Assembly: GCA_963836075.1 (NCBI GenBank)
Contig: CAWIIB010000001.1
Location: 992,001 to 1,056,000, forward strand
Source of the DNA: an uncultured Acidobacteriota bacterium
GTDB taxonomy: Bacteria > Acidobacteriota > JAQAZP01
Length of the DNA: 64,000 nucleotides
Direction: 5' to 3'
Numbering within the stretch: position 1 is the first letter of the stretch; each line of letters starts with the position of its first letter. The notes below the pieces were generated by a model. The model did not search any database, had not been told where the DNA came from, and saw only the letters and a list, made by a program, of their open reading frames with translations. The position numbers were made by a program, and so were the translations under genes. Of the stretch, positions 54,967 through 64,000 are shown piece by piece.

Positions 54967-56571
54967 ATGAAAAAGTTCTCACTGTTCTGCGGCATGGCCG
55001 TGCTCTGCACGGCGGCCCTGATCGCCTTTGCCGGGGTTGACTGCCTTGCCGGAGATCAGGAAGGCCCGACAAAAATTACCCGGGTTGGCGGAGCGAACGC
55101 TTTCTACAAGGCTCCCGGCGGTCTGACTGCCGAGGCCTTCCAGGCGATGTGCGTGGAGAAAAAGGAAGAGATCACCACCCTGCTCTACGAAGCCGGCTGG
55201 ACCTGGGGACCCGAAGTCTTTTTTGACGCCGTGGCAGACGGGGCGTTCGAGGAATTTATGTTCCCGGTGGGCGGTCAGATGGAATGGATGATGTTCCGCA
55301 AGCACGGCAAACCGGTCCTGGGTTACGATTTCATCTGGGCCGGCAAGGAGCCCCTCGAGGCGTTCAAGGTCACCTTGATGGTTGATGACGAGAAAAACCT
55401 CAAGGACTATGTGTATCAGTTCATCGTCCCCAAGAAATGCGCCAACATCGCCCTCTACGCCCTGGACACCACGCCCTACAAGGTCGACGCCAACGCCGCC
55501 CTCAACGTCGTCCCGGCCAGCGGCTGCGTCTGCACCGACTTCGTCATCGACGCCACCGGGTCAAGGGCTTCGTTGAAGGGTAAAAGCATCCTGACCGGCG
55601 TGATGGCCCAGGTCACCAAGCCCGACGGCACCACCGAAGGTCTCGGCGCCCCGGACAAGGCCGGCAAACACCTCTGGACGGTCAACTACAGGAAGCCGGG
55701 GACTTACAAGCTCAAAGCCGTTACCGTCCTCTCGGGCAGCCTGACCGGCGCCGCGGAGACCCTGGCCACCTTTGAAGTTCTCCCCTGCCCGCCGGAGTGC
55801 GACCTGGGCCTCGACGTTGCCGGTGACTACGACGACGAAGAGAAAGCTGAAATCTTTGGCGAGTTCTACACCGGTGAGGAACTGATCCTCGACGCATCCG
55901 GATCCTCGGCCAAGACCGGCGCCCTGGACAAGGTTACCGTGAAGGTCTATCTCGACGGCGACAAGATCGAAGACCACGACCTGGACGGCGATTTCAAAAA
56001 GACCGTTGTCTATGACACGCAGGGCGAATACAAGTTCGAGGCGGAAGCCTTTGACAACTGCGACCAGGATTCGGACAACGACTGCGATGCCTCCCTGGGC
56101 GTCAACTCGCGCTGGATCCCCTTCGTCTCGATCCTCGGCGGCAAGATGCGCCGCTCGGGCCTCGTGCCGGACGATCCCAACGAAAACGTGGACATCGAAG
56201 GCCACTGCGAACCGCTGGTGGCGCTCAAGGCCGGTGTGGGCTACATGGTCATTCCGCGGAAGTTCTCGATCTCCGGTGCCCTGGGCTACGCCTTCGCCAT
56301 CGACTACTCGGAATTTTCGAGCCTCTTCGCCGACGTCTACTTCAACTATCACAACCGGCCCTGGATGTTTGGCGCCGGCATCGGTTACTGGAATATCGAC
56401 AACAGTGATTACGGTGATTTCACCCTGAACCTCCAGGGCGGCATCGACCTGCCGTGGGAGATCCGGGATGAGCCGATGCAGTTCGTCATCGAGGCCAAGA
56501 GCTTCCTCGACGAGATCAGCGACCTGGGCAACAACTACCTGCTGATGGGCGGGTTTCAGTTCAACTTCTAG
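54967..56571 (+). CDS. Secreted protein: unknown N-domain, two PKD/Ig-like domains, C-terminal outer-membrane beta-barrel
   Basis: AAAGGAG RBS, signal peptide, IDATGS/LDASGS and PGTY/QGEY PKD motifs, amphipathic strands ending GFQFNF. Confidence 0.75.
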   Translation: MKKFSLFCGMAVLCTAALIAFAGVDCLAGDQEGPTKITRVGGANAFYKAPGGLTAEAFQAMCVEKKEEITTLLYEAGWTWGPEVFFDAVADGAFEEFMFPVGGQMEWMMFRKHGKPVLGYDFIWAGKEPLEAFKVTLMVDDEKNLKDYVYQFIVPKKCANIALYALDTTPYKVDANAALNVVPASGCVCTDFVIDATGSRASLKGKSILTGVMAQVTKPDGTTEGLGAPDKAGKHLWTVNYRKPGTYKLKAVTVLSGSLTGAAETLATFEVLPCPPECDLGLDVAGDYDDEEKAEIFGEFYTGEELILDASGSSAKTGALDKVTVKVYLDGDKIEDHDLDGDFKKTVVYDTQGEYKFEAEAFDNCDQDSDNDCDASLGVNSRWIPFVSILGGKMRRSGLVPDDPNENVDIEGHCEPLVALKAGVGYMVIPRKFSISGALGYAFAIDYSEFSSLFADVYFNYHNRPWMFGAGIGYWNIDNSDYGDFTLNLQGGIDLPWEIRDEPMQFVIEAKSFLDEISDLGNNYLLMGGFQFNF

Positions 56572-56600
56572 TTGAGCGGCGGCAATGCCGCCACCGTAAT

Positions 56601-56639
56601 AAAGGCCTTCCGGAATTCAATCCGGAAGGCCTTTTTTTT
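56601..56639 (+). terminator. Intrinsic terminator
   Basis: AAAGGCCTTCCGGA..TCCGGAAGGCCTTT plus T-run. Confidence 0.88.
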
Positions 56640-56987
56640 ACCAATTGAGTTATTGAATTCAATTGCTGCTGCCGGCGAATTTCGTGAAATATAGAATATA
56701 TTCATCACGATTACTGTTTCCGGATTTTTTAAACAGATTGATAGTGTCACAGTTGGCCTTCACCAAATTATATTCATGCAATATAATTGGTTGATTTAAT
56801 TGCTTGACACTAATTCTGTTGACAGTTCATAATTCATTTATAAATGTGGCTGTGAACAATTCGGCATTCAGAAGTTGTAAATTCAGGATACGCCCTTATT
56901 GATCACCGTTGATTAATTCGGATGCCGATAAACCTGGGCCGGGAGCGGAGCAAGACGTGTCGGCCGCCGTGCAATGGAGAACGAATC

Positions 56988-57278
56988 ATGCCGAAACTGA
57001 GCCTCGAAGACAAGATCAGCCGGCTGGCCGCGGAATTCGCCGCCCAGCTGGTGGACGCGGTGAAAAAGAGTTCCCTGGAAGACCTGGTTTCCTTCCAGGG
57101 TGAGAAAAAGAAACCGGGCCCCAAGCCGGGCAAGAAGCGCGGTCGCAAACCGGGCCCCAAACCCGGGAAAAAGCGCGGGCGCAAGCCCGGCCCGAAACCG
57201 GGACGGAAGAAACCGGGGCCCAAGCCGGGAAGCAAGAGAAAAGTGGTGAAGAAGGTCGCGGTGAAAAAAGAGAAATAG
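56988..57278 (+). CDS. Small basic histone-like protein with KPGPKPG/KKRGR repeats
   Basis: GGAG RBS; helical N-terminus, four KPGPKPG units; followed by a terminator. Confidence 0.75.
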   Translation: MPKLSLEDKISRLAAEFAAQLVDAVKKSSLEDLVSFQGEKKKPGPKPGKKRGRKPGPKPGKKRGRKPGPKPGRKKPGPKPGSKRKVVKKVAVKKEK

Positions 57279-57300
57279 ACCCGGTTCGGAACCACGATTA

Positions 57301-57340
57301 AAAAAGAAAAGGGCACCGTTATCCGGTGCCCTTTTTATTG
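57301..57340. terminator. Bidirectional terminator
   Basis: AAAAGGGCACCG-TTATC-CGGTGCCCTTTT between convergent genes. Confidence 0.85.
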
Positions 57341-57361
57341 CTGCGGCAATTGGAATTCCGG

Positions 57362-59989
57362 TCAGGGAACCAGGTTCCCCACTGCCACATTCGCTCCGTA
57401 GCGCACCCGGTCTTCTCCTTCATAGGGCCAGGCGAAGTAATTGATCGAGCTTATCGATTCCAGAGTGCCGCCGTCGTAATTCCAGCCGCGGACGTGGGCC
57501 CCGAACACATTTCCCGGGCCGGCGCCGGTGAGGATCTCGTCGATACCGTCCTGGTCCACGTCTCCGGCCCCCACGTTGACCCCGTATTTCAGGGTGCCAT
57601 AGGCGAAGTAGCTGACTCCGGGGATCGAGGTCAACGTACCGCCGTCGTAGTTCCAGCCACGGACGTGGGGTCCGTACACCGCGCCCGGACCGGGGCCGGT
57701 GATGATCTCGTCGATACCGTCACCGTCGATGTCACCGCAGGCCACGTTGGCGCCCCATTTCGGCGTCCCGTAGGCCATGAAGCTCACCGCGGGTATCGAA
57801 GTGGTCTGGCTGCCGCCGTCGTAGTTCCAGCCGCGCACGTGGGGCCCGAACACCGCGCCCGGCCCGGCGCCGGTGATGATCTCGTCCATACCGTCGCCGT
57901 CGATGTCCCCACAGGCCACGTTGACCCCGTATTTCAGCGTCCCGTAGGCAAAGTAGTTCACCGCGCTGATCGGGTTGTGGCCGTCCTCCTCGTCATATTT
58001 GAAGGCCCGCACCTGGGGCCCGAACATCTGTCCCGGCCCGGGGCCACTCACCGTCTCGGCCACGCCGTCACCGTCGATGTCCCCGCAGGCCACATTGACC
58101 CCGTACTTGTCCACACCGTAGGCATAGACATTGGTCCCCAGCACCAGGTCGCCGTTCAGCTCGTAGGCCCGGATCCGCGGCGGGGCCTCCGGGTCGGGGC
58201 CCGGCCCGCAGACCACCTCGGTGATCCCGTCACCGTCGATATCGCCGGTGGCCACGTTGACCCCGTAGCCGTAGGCGCCGAAGTGGATCCGCTCGGAGAA
58301 CTGCACATCGCTCTCGGCGAGGAAGGTGCGGAAGGTCGGCGGGTTGGTTTCACCGGCTCCGGGGCCCACCACGATAATCGAGGTGTTGGGATCGGCATCC
58401 GGCCAGGCGATGTAGGTGTACCCCTTGGAAGGAAAGTTCATCCCGGGGTTGAGGAACCCGTTGCCCAGGTTGGCCACCACCATCAGCAGCCGCTCGCACT
58501 GGTCCACCTGGTCCACTTCGAACCAGATGGACTGGGTGTCCTGGGGCACGTCGAACCACTCGTAGCTGAAGGCGCCGCCCACCTCGAAGACCTTGATGAT
58601 CCCCAGTTTCCAGACCATGCGGTAGCCGTTGTGCTCCTCATCGCCGGAGAAGAAGATGGTCAGGTCGGTCTCGCTGGTCAGCGCCTCGTCGAAACGGACG
58701 TAGTTGACGCCGAAAAACTGCGGTGCGTTGGGCAGCACGTCCGGGCAGACCGCGGGCAGGGTGGTGTGGCGGTGCTCGGCATCCACCCGCGCCTGGTTGA
58801 ACTCCTGGCCGTGGGTGTAGTGGGCACCGTCGTAAAGCCACTGGCCGCAGAAATAGCGCCACTCCGACAGCTCCATGATCAGATCGTAGATCGTCCAGGC
58901 GCCGCCACCCGGAGCGCCGCCGGGGTCGTAGATGTCGGCGAAGTGCGGCAGGGCGTCGAAGGTGTTGTGATCGTCGCTGCCCGGTTCGTCGCGCATCCAG
59001 TCCCAGACCTCACGGATCACCGTGGAGTCCCACTGGTCCACCCGCTCACAGAAAAACTCGGGCCACATGAAACCGCCATACTGGTACAGACCGATATCAT
59101 CGTTGTCGAACCCGCAGACCGGGCGCCAGGGATCCACCTGGTACCACATGGAGTAACTCCAGGCATCGTCGTCCCACTCGGGGTAGACATGCGGCTCGAC
59201 CCAGACGGCGGTGTTTTCGTAAAACGAGGCGATGGTCTCGTAGGCCATGGCCATCTGGCAGGCGTGGTTGAACTCGTGGCTGCCGGTGGTCTGGACCTCG
59301 TTGTCGGCGGTGAGGCCGCGGCTGTGCACAATGTGCGACGTGCGGTCGTTCCACCAGGTGGAATCCACCTGGGATTCGGGAGACGTATAGCCCAGGACAC
59401 CCGGAGAGGTGCCGCTGAGATAGACGTCATAGTCGTCGCTTCCCTCTACGCCCATGTCTCCGGGCGGCTCGAAGAACCCCATCTGGCCGCACTCCACCTG
59501 CCAGCTGTGTTCATAGGCCTCGAGGGTCTTCTGCGCCCGTGTTTCCTGGCTGGTTTCCTCGTAGTGCACCCGCAGGGGGATTACCGAGGACTGCAGGGTG
59601 TATGAAAAGGACGGCCGGGCCCCGATGGACTTCAGGTCGGGCAGGCCGGCCTTGTCGCCCAGCCACTTGCGGTCGGCCTCGCTCAGCAGGTGGTAGTTGT
59701 CCACGATCTCCTTGATCACCGGTGTGGCGCAGCCCACCGGCACGTCAAAGTGCGCTTTCAACCGGGCTGGGAGAAGGTCCCACTTCTTGAACCAGAGGAT
59801 TTTCAGCCTCAACGACGCGCTGTAGTCGATCTCGCCGTCATCGTGCATTTTGGCGATCAGCTGTGGAACATTCAGCCGGTGCTCCGCCGGCGGTTCCGGC
59901 ACGGCCGGCGCGGCCTGGAGCAGGTGCGGGCCGAGGCATGAAACGGCCAGCACGATACAGAGGATCCATCCCTGCAGATTTCTCTTCAT
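57362..59989 (-). CDS. Secreted HExxH metalloprotease-like protein with C-terminal FG-GAP-like propeller repeats
   Basis: Signal peptide; GCATP propeptide-like motif; SHEFNHACQ...FYENTAVW; repeats YGVNVACGDIDGDG.DEIITG.GPG.VFGPHVRGWNYDG. Confidence 0.82.
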   Translation of the reverse strand: MKRNLQGWILCIVLAVSCLGPHLLQAAPAVPEPPAEHRLNVPQLIAKMHDDGEIDYSASLRLKILWFKKWDLLPARLKAHFDVPVGCATPVIKEIVDNYHLLSEADRKWLGDKAGLPDLKSIGARPSFSYTLQSSVIPLRVHYEETSQETRAQKTLEAYEHSWQVECGQMGFFEPPGDMGVEGSDDYDVYLSGTSPGVLGYTSPESQVDSTWWNDRTSHIVHSRGLTADNEVQTTGSHEFNHACQMAMAYETIASFYENTAVWVEPHVYPEWDDDAWSYSMWYQVDPWRPVCGFDNDDIGLYQYGGFMWPEFFCERVDQWDSTVIREVWDWMRDEPGSDDHNTFDALPHFADIYDPGGAPGGGAWTIYDLIMELSEWRYFCGQWLYDGAHYTHGQEFNQARVDAEHRHTTLPAVCPDVLPNAPQFFGVNYVRFDEALTSETDLTIFFSGDEEHNGYRMVWKLGIIKVFEVGGAFSYEWFDVPQDTQSIWFEVDQVDQCERLLMVVANLGNGFLNPGMNFPSKGYTYIAWPDADPNTSIIVVGPGAGETNPPTFRTFLAESDVQFSERIHFGAYGYGVNVATGDIDGDGITEVVCGPGPDPEAPPRIRAYELNGDLVLGTNVYAYGVDKYGVNVACGDIDGDGVAETVSGPGPGQMFGPQVRAFKYDEEDGHNPISAVNYFAYGTLKYGVNVACGDIDGDGMDEIITGAGPGAVFGPHVRGWNYDGGSQTTSIPAVSFMAYGTPKWGANVACGDIDGDGIDEIITGPGPGAVYGPHVRGWNYDGGTLTSIPGVSYFAYGTLKYGVNVGAGDVDQDGIDEILTGAGPGNVFGAHVRGWNYDGGTLESISSINYFAWPYEGEDRVRYGANVAVGNLVP
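57400..58280 (-). repeat. Intragenic tandem repeats of about 180 bp (FG-GAP-like blades)
   Basis: Five GDxDxDG units spaced about 180 nt apart; the last three are closely similar at DNA level. Confidence 0.85.
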
Positions 59990-60127
59990 CACTTTCTCCT
60001 GTTCAGTTTATTTTGGCAGGCGGGCTCAATTACCGTCACATGAAATTAAATTTTAGCACATCACACAATCAAAACAATAGAATGTTTGCCGCTGTGCGCC
60101 ACGGCCGGATCAGAACCGGAACGGGTA

Positions 60128-61654
60128 TCAACCGTCCTTGCGCTGCTGGCGTTCCTCCCGGCGGTCCAGCCGTTCCAGGCGGTAGACCGCCACCTGCCAA
60201 TGGCCCGATTCGTCCCGCGATTCGGCCTGGCGGTAGTAGTTCCTGGCGGCGTCGAAGTCGGAGGCGTCGGCCTCGATGTCCCCCAGGCGGATCAGGCTCC
60301 AGGCGGCCTGGCCGTTGCGCACCGCTGACCCCAGGCTGAGGTAGTCGCGGAACTGTTCCCGGGCGCTGGCCGCCTCCCCGCGCTGGACAAGCACTTGACC
60401 CAGCAGGTAGGAGAGGAGCCCGCTGTTGCCCTTGATCTCCTTCAGGCGGCGCAACAACTGACCGGCGGAATCCAGGTCGCCGCTGATCCAGTAGCGAAAG
60501 ACCTGGTGCAGGTCGGGGCCGTATCCATCGTCGGCCAGTTTTCCGGGGAGCCTCTTGATCCGCCGCCGGTGGCGGCCGTCCTCGTCCGCCCGTTTCAGCC
60601 GGCGCAGCAGTTCCGAATAGCTCTTCTCGTCGCCGGACAACAGGTAGAGCCGGGCCAGCGAATGAGCGGCCACCGGACGGACCCAGCTGGGACCGCTGCC
60701 GTCCTCCATCACCGTGGTCAGCGCCCGGTAAGCGGAGTCCAGGGCAAAATCTTCCACGTCGGCCTCGGCCCGGATAATCAGAAAGACGTTGCGGTGATAC
60801 TCCAGGTAGGGAGGCACCCCCTGTTGGACCTTCTCATCGGCCTCGTCCAGCAGCAGCCGGGTCTGGTCGAAGGAACCCAGCTTGGCCAGGATCTTGGCGG
60901 TGAGACTGAGGAAAAGCGGGTTTTCGGGATAGTCCCGGCGCAAGGTGCGCAGATGGGTCAGGGCTTCGCGGTGCTGGTTCTCGCCGTTGGAGTAGATGGT
61001 GGCCAACGCCACCCGCGCCATGGTCCCGAAGCGCCGGCTCTGCAGCGCGGCCTTCTCCAGGTATTGCAGTCCCAGTTGGGCATCACCGGGGGGGAAGAAG
61101 AGGATTCGCTGGAGACTGCGCACCAGGGGGGATGAGAGATCGACGTAGTAGAGATAGAGGCCCAGGGAGAAATAGGTGTCGCCGATTTCCGGGCTGGCCA
61201 GCCGCACCTGTTCCAGCATCTTCTTGCCCTCACGGGCATATCGTGCCGCTGAGAGATAGTTGCCCCGGGCCACCTGGACCTGGCTGGCCATGGTGATCAG
61301 GTTGCCCATCAGCGCCTGGTGCTCCGGCGGACAACTCTCCTCCCCGGCGGCGGCGCGGCAGCGGTCGATTCCGCTTTCCACGACGGTGAACAGCTGGTCC
61401 TGGATCGCACCATTGTTGAAGTCCTCGGCCATCAGCCACCAGTACCCCATGGCCAGGTCCGCCTCGTCCTCCAGGCTCCAGCCCGGCTGGTCCCGCCGGG
61501 CCAGGCACTCTTCTATATACTCGCGGGTGAAGCCCCGGTCCAGCAGGTCCCAACGGGCTTCCCGCCGGTCATCAGGCGGACCGGCGGCCCATACTCCCGC
61601 CGCCAGGAGAAAAGCCGTCGTCGCCAGAAGAAGCCGGCCCCACATAGGCACCAT
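60128..61654 (-). CDS. Exported TPR-repeat protein
   Basis: Signal peptide; helical repeats DTYFSLGLY.Y, YPENP, YLLGQV, LIRLGDI..ARNYYRQA. Confidence 0.8.
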   Translation of the reverse strand: MVPMWGRLLLATTAFLLAAGVWAAGPPDDRREARWDLLDRGFTREYIEECLARRDQPGWSLEDEADLAMGYWWLMAEDFNNGAIQDQLFTVVESGIDRCRAAAGEESCPPEHQALMGNLITMASQVQVARGNYLSAARYAREGKKMLEQVRLASPEIGDTYFSLGLYLYYVDLSSPLVRSLQRILFFPPGDAQLGLQYLEKAALQSRRFGTMARVALATIYSNGENQHREALTHLRTLRRDYPENPLFLSLTAKILAKLGSFDQTRLLLDEADEKVQQGVPPYLEYHRNVFLIIRAEADVEDFALDSAYRALTTVMEDGSGPSWVRPVAAHSLARLYLLSGDEKSYSELLRRLKRADEDGRHRRRIKRLPGKLADDGYGPDLHQVFRYWISGDLDSAGQLLRRLKEIKGNSGLLSYLLGQVLVQRGEAASAREQFRDYLSLGSAVRNGQAAWSLIRLGDIEADASDFDAARNYYRQAESRDESGHWQVAVYRLERLDRREERQQRKDG

Positions 61655-61875
61655 TCAGTTCCGCTCCTCGGTGGCCCGGCCGCTTGCCGGGGATACAGGG
61701 TGCATGCCGCAGCCTGCGGCGAACCAGGTGATTATACCCGCTCCCCTCCGGGCTCGCCACAAAATGGCGGCAGCATATTGATCCGGTGGCGTTTATGGAG
61801 TACATTTCAATCTTTCCACGACACACCGGAAATCGGCTCCGGCGCACAGAAATCCACTACCGCAGGAAGGACAAC

Positions 61876-64000
61876 ATGGCTGAAGGGCAGGACAAGACGA
61901 CCCGCAAAAAATTCCCGCCGACATACTGGCTGGTGATTCTCTTCGAGTTCTTCGAACGCGGATCCTACTACGGGATGATGAGTATCCTCTCGGTCTATTT
62001 CACCGATGAGCTCTTTTTCCGCAAGGAGAGCGTGGGGATCATCAAAAGCACCATTCAGCCGCTGCTCTATTTTCTGCCGATCATCAGCGGCGCCCTGGCC
62101 GACCGGTTCGGCTACCGCAAGATGCTCACCCTGGCCTTCACCTTCCTCGGTCTGGGCTACTTTCTCACTGCCCGGGTCACCGACTACGGGCTGGTTTTCC
62201 TCGCCCTGGTGGTGATGGGGGTCGGCGCCGGACTGTTCAAACCGATCATTTCCGGCACCATCGCCCGGGTCACCGACGAGTCAAACTCCACCATGGGCTT
62301 CGGTATCTTCTACTGGACCATCAACCTCGGCGCCTTCCTCTTCCCGCTGATCCTGGTGCCCTGGCTCAAGGGCTACGGCTGGCACTGGGTGATCTACGCC
62401 GCGGCCATCGGCACCGGCGCCATGATAATCCCCACCCTGCTCTTCTACCGCGAACCGGCGCGTCAGGAAACCGATGAGGAGCGGAAGAAGCGGGAAAAGA
62501 AGGAAGCCGCCACACCGCTGCTGCCCACCATCATCACCACCGTGGCCAATGCCTTCGAGATCGTCTACAGCCCGCTGGTGCTGATCTTCCACCGCTTCCG
62601 CGCTTCCGCCGCCGGCATGGCCCTGATGATCGCGGTCCTGCTGGGCTTCCTCGGCTACGCCGTCTGGGATTTCAGCGGCACACGCCAGGCCTCGATCCAA
62701 TTGGACCATGCGCTCGTCTCGGACGGCGAACCGCTGGTGGTGCTGCGGATCAACCGGGACCAGTTGCGCGCCGAGGAATATTCCGTCGACCATCAGCAGC
62801 TGTTGTGGCCCGGGGGCCGCTCCCTGATCCTCGAGACCGCGGACGCCGGTCCGGACGCCGAGCCGGGATTCGATCTGCCCCTGCCGGATGACGAAGACCT
62901 GGTGGTGGGGATCAGCGGTTCCCCTGGCAGTGCAGAGCTGCTGGAGGCTTTGCAGCATTTCCAGCTCACCGGGCTCACCGTTGCGGACCTGGACAACGGT
63001 TTGGCGGCGCTGGCCGGCAACCAGGGAAACCTGGTGCAGATCACGGTGTTCAAGCCGAACCGCTACGAGGACTTCAAGGGCCAGTTGCTGGCCGGTCTGA
63101 CGGCCATCCCCGGCCTGGAAGGACTGAACGGTGACACGCTCGACGAGTGGGTGGCTGCCGGTGATAGCCGGCCCACCGTGGCGGTGTCGATCTCCGGAGA
63201 CAGTGACGTGGCCGCCGAGCGGTCGGCCGACGGGAACTACTCGGTGACCCTGGCCGAGTTGCCCGGCAAGGAATGGCCCGACCGCCGTGATCTGCTCTCC
63301 TCACTGCGATCACAGCCCGGGCTGACCATGCTCTCCGCCGACACCGTCGACCGGCTGCTCAATGATGCGGCGTCCCGACCCTTCTTTTATCTCTTCCTCG
63401 GCGCATTGCTGGCCATGGCCACGGTGATCCTCTTCATCGAGGGGTGGTTCAAGAAAACGTCCATGGGCGGAAAGATCGGCGTGCTCATCGCCATCGGCGT
63501 GGTCATGGTAATCGTCTTCTGGGTGCTGCCCGGACTGACCCTCTTTGCCCGAATTCTTTCCACGGTGATCTTTTCCACCGTGTTGTCGCTGTTGATCATC
63601 AAGCAGGACGATCCCCAGCGGTTCCGGGACCATTTCCGCTTCCTGCTGATGATCTTCATCTACTCCGGGTTCTGGGTGCTCTACTTCCAGATGTTCGACT
63701 CGGTGCTCTGGTATATGAAGGCCTATGTCGACGCCACACCGCTGAACAACATGATGAACGCCATGCTCGGCGGCATCGGCATCACCAACTGGCGTTTCGA
63801 CATCGAACATGTGACGGTGATCAACGCCGGCACCATCATCCTGCTCCAGCTGTTCATCTCCAAGGTGGTCAAGAACACCAAGGCCCTGCCGACCATGATC
63901 TTCGGTATATTCCTGGGGACCGTGGGCATGGCCATCCTGGCCATCAACACCAGTATCTGGACCCTCCTTCTTGGTATCGGGATCTTCTCCATCGGTGAGA
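61876..64000 (+). CDS. POT/PTR-type MFS transporter with large central insertion (runs off the window)
   Basis: Hand translation from ATG 61876: FEFFERGSYYG, GALADRFGYR, GAGLFKP, GFGIFYWTINLGAF ... FWVLYFQMF, INAGTIILLQ. Open to the window end. Confidence 0.88.
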   Translation, partial: MAEGQDKTTRKKFPPTYWLVILFEFFERGSYYGMMSILSVYFTDELFFRKESVGIIKSTIQPLLYFLPIISGALADRFGYRKMLTLAFTFLGLGYFLTARVTDYGLVFLALVVMGVGAGLFKPIISGTIARVTDESNSTMGFGIFYWTINLGAFLFPLILVPWLKGYGWHWVIYAAAIGTGAMIIPTLLFYREPARQETDEERKKREKKEAATPLLPTIITTVANAFEIVYSPLVLIFHRFRASAAGMALMIAVLLGFLGYAVWDFSGTRQASIQLDHALVSDGEPLVVLRINRDQLRAEEYSVDHQQLLWPGGRSLILETADAGPDAEPGFDLPLPDDEDLVVGISGSPGSAELLEALQHFQLTGLTVADLDNGLAALAGNQGNLVQITVFKPNRYEDFKGQLLAGLTAIPGLEGLNGDTLDEWVAAGDSRPTVAVSISGDSDVAAERSADGNYSVTLAELPGKEWPDRRDLLSSLRSQPGLTMLSADTVDRLLNDAASRPFFYLFLGALLAMATVILFIEGWFKKTSMGGKIGVLIAIGVVMVIVFWVLPGLTLFARILSTVIFSTVLSLLIIKQDDPQRFRDHFRFLLMIFIYSGFWVLYFQMFDSVLWYMKAYVDATPLNNMMNAMLGGIGITNWRFDIEHVTVINAGTIILLQLFISKVVKNTKALPTMIFGIFLGTVGMAILAINTSIWTLLLGIGIFSIGE

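Noticed and set aside
56640-56920. AT-rich tract as replication origin or foreign DNA
   Set aside because: No clustered TTATCCACA DnaA boxes, and no dnaA, integrase or att-like repeats; better explained as a promoter region.
57105-57235. Short tandem DNA repeats as a possible VNTR or CRISPR
   Set aside because: They vary at synonymous positions and encode KPGPKPG units, so they are protein-level repeats.
57400-58280. Regularly spaced DNA repeats resembling an array
   Set aside because: In-frame protein repeats of about 180 nt inside a CDS; no spacer structure or cas genes, so not CRISPR.
1-64000. tRNA, rRNA, transposase, integrase or prophage genes
   Set aside because: None recognised by eye in intergenic regions or ORFs; tRNAscan and Rfam runs would be needed to exclude them formally.

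Overview
GC-rich bacterial chromosomal window, probably Acidobacteriota-like judging from the Hfq type and the secreted-protein families (inference only). It is mostly housekeeping and cell-envelope genes: rsmB, fmt, purB, an MdlAB-like ABC pair, glyQS, hfq, holB, proS, mutM, PFOR, mdh, gmhA, a hutH-like lyase, adk, metG and topA. I see no tRNA, rRNA, CRISPR array or transposase. The standout is a five-gene minus-strand cassette at 34742-40868, between PFOR and mdh, with its own near-consensus sigma70 promoter. It encodes a 56-aa peptide (YESPVI leader motif, ending AHA|CSPAPCAIF), an RRE-fused radical SAM/SPASM enzyme, an HprK-like kinase (frameshifted in this sequence), a secreted C25 gingipain-like protease and an anchorless S26 signal-peptidase-like protein. 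This looks like an uncharacterised RiPP system. Other points of interest: an orphan structured RNA candidate beside proS; long structured leaders on hfq and on a sigma54-driven secreted protein; a perfect 55-bp palindrome between divergent genes; an Ala-Cys-Gly MIO lyase; a KPGPKPG-repeat histone-like protein behind an AT-rich island; and a POT transporter with a large repeated insert. All family calls come from motif recognition by eye, not from database searches. Apparent indels in two genes may be assembly errors.
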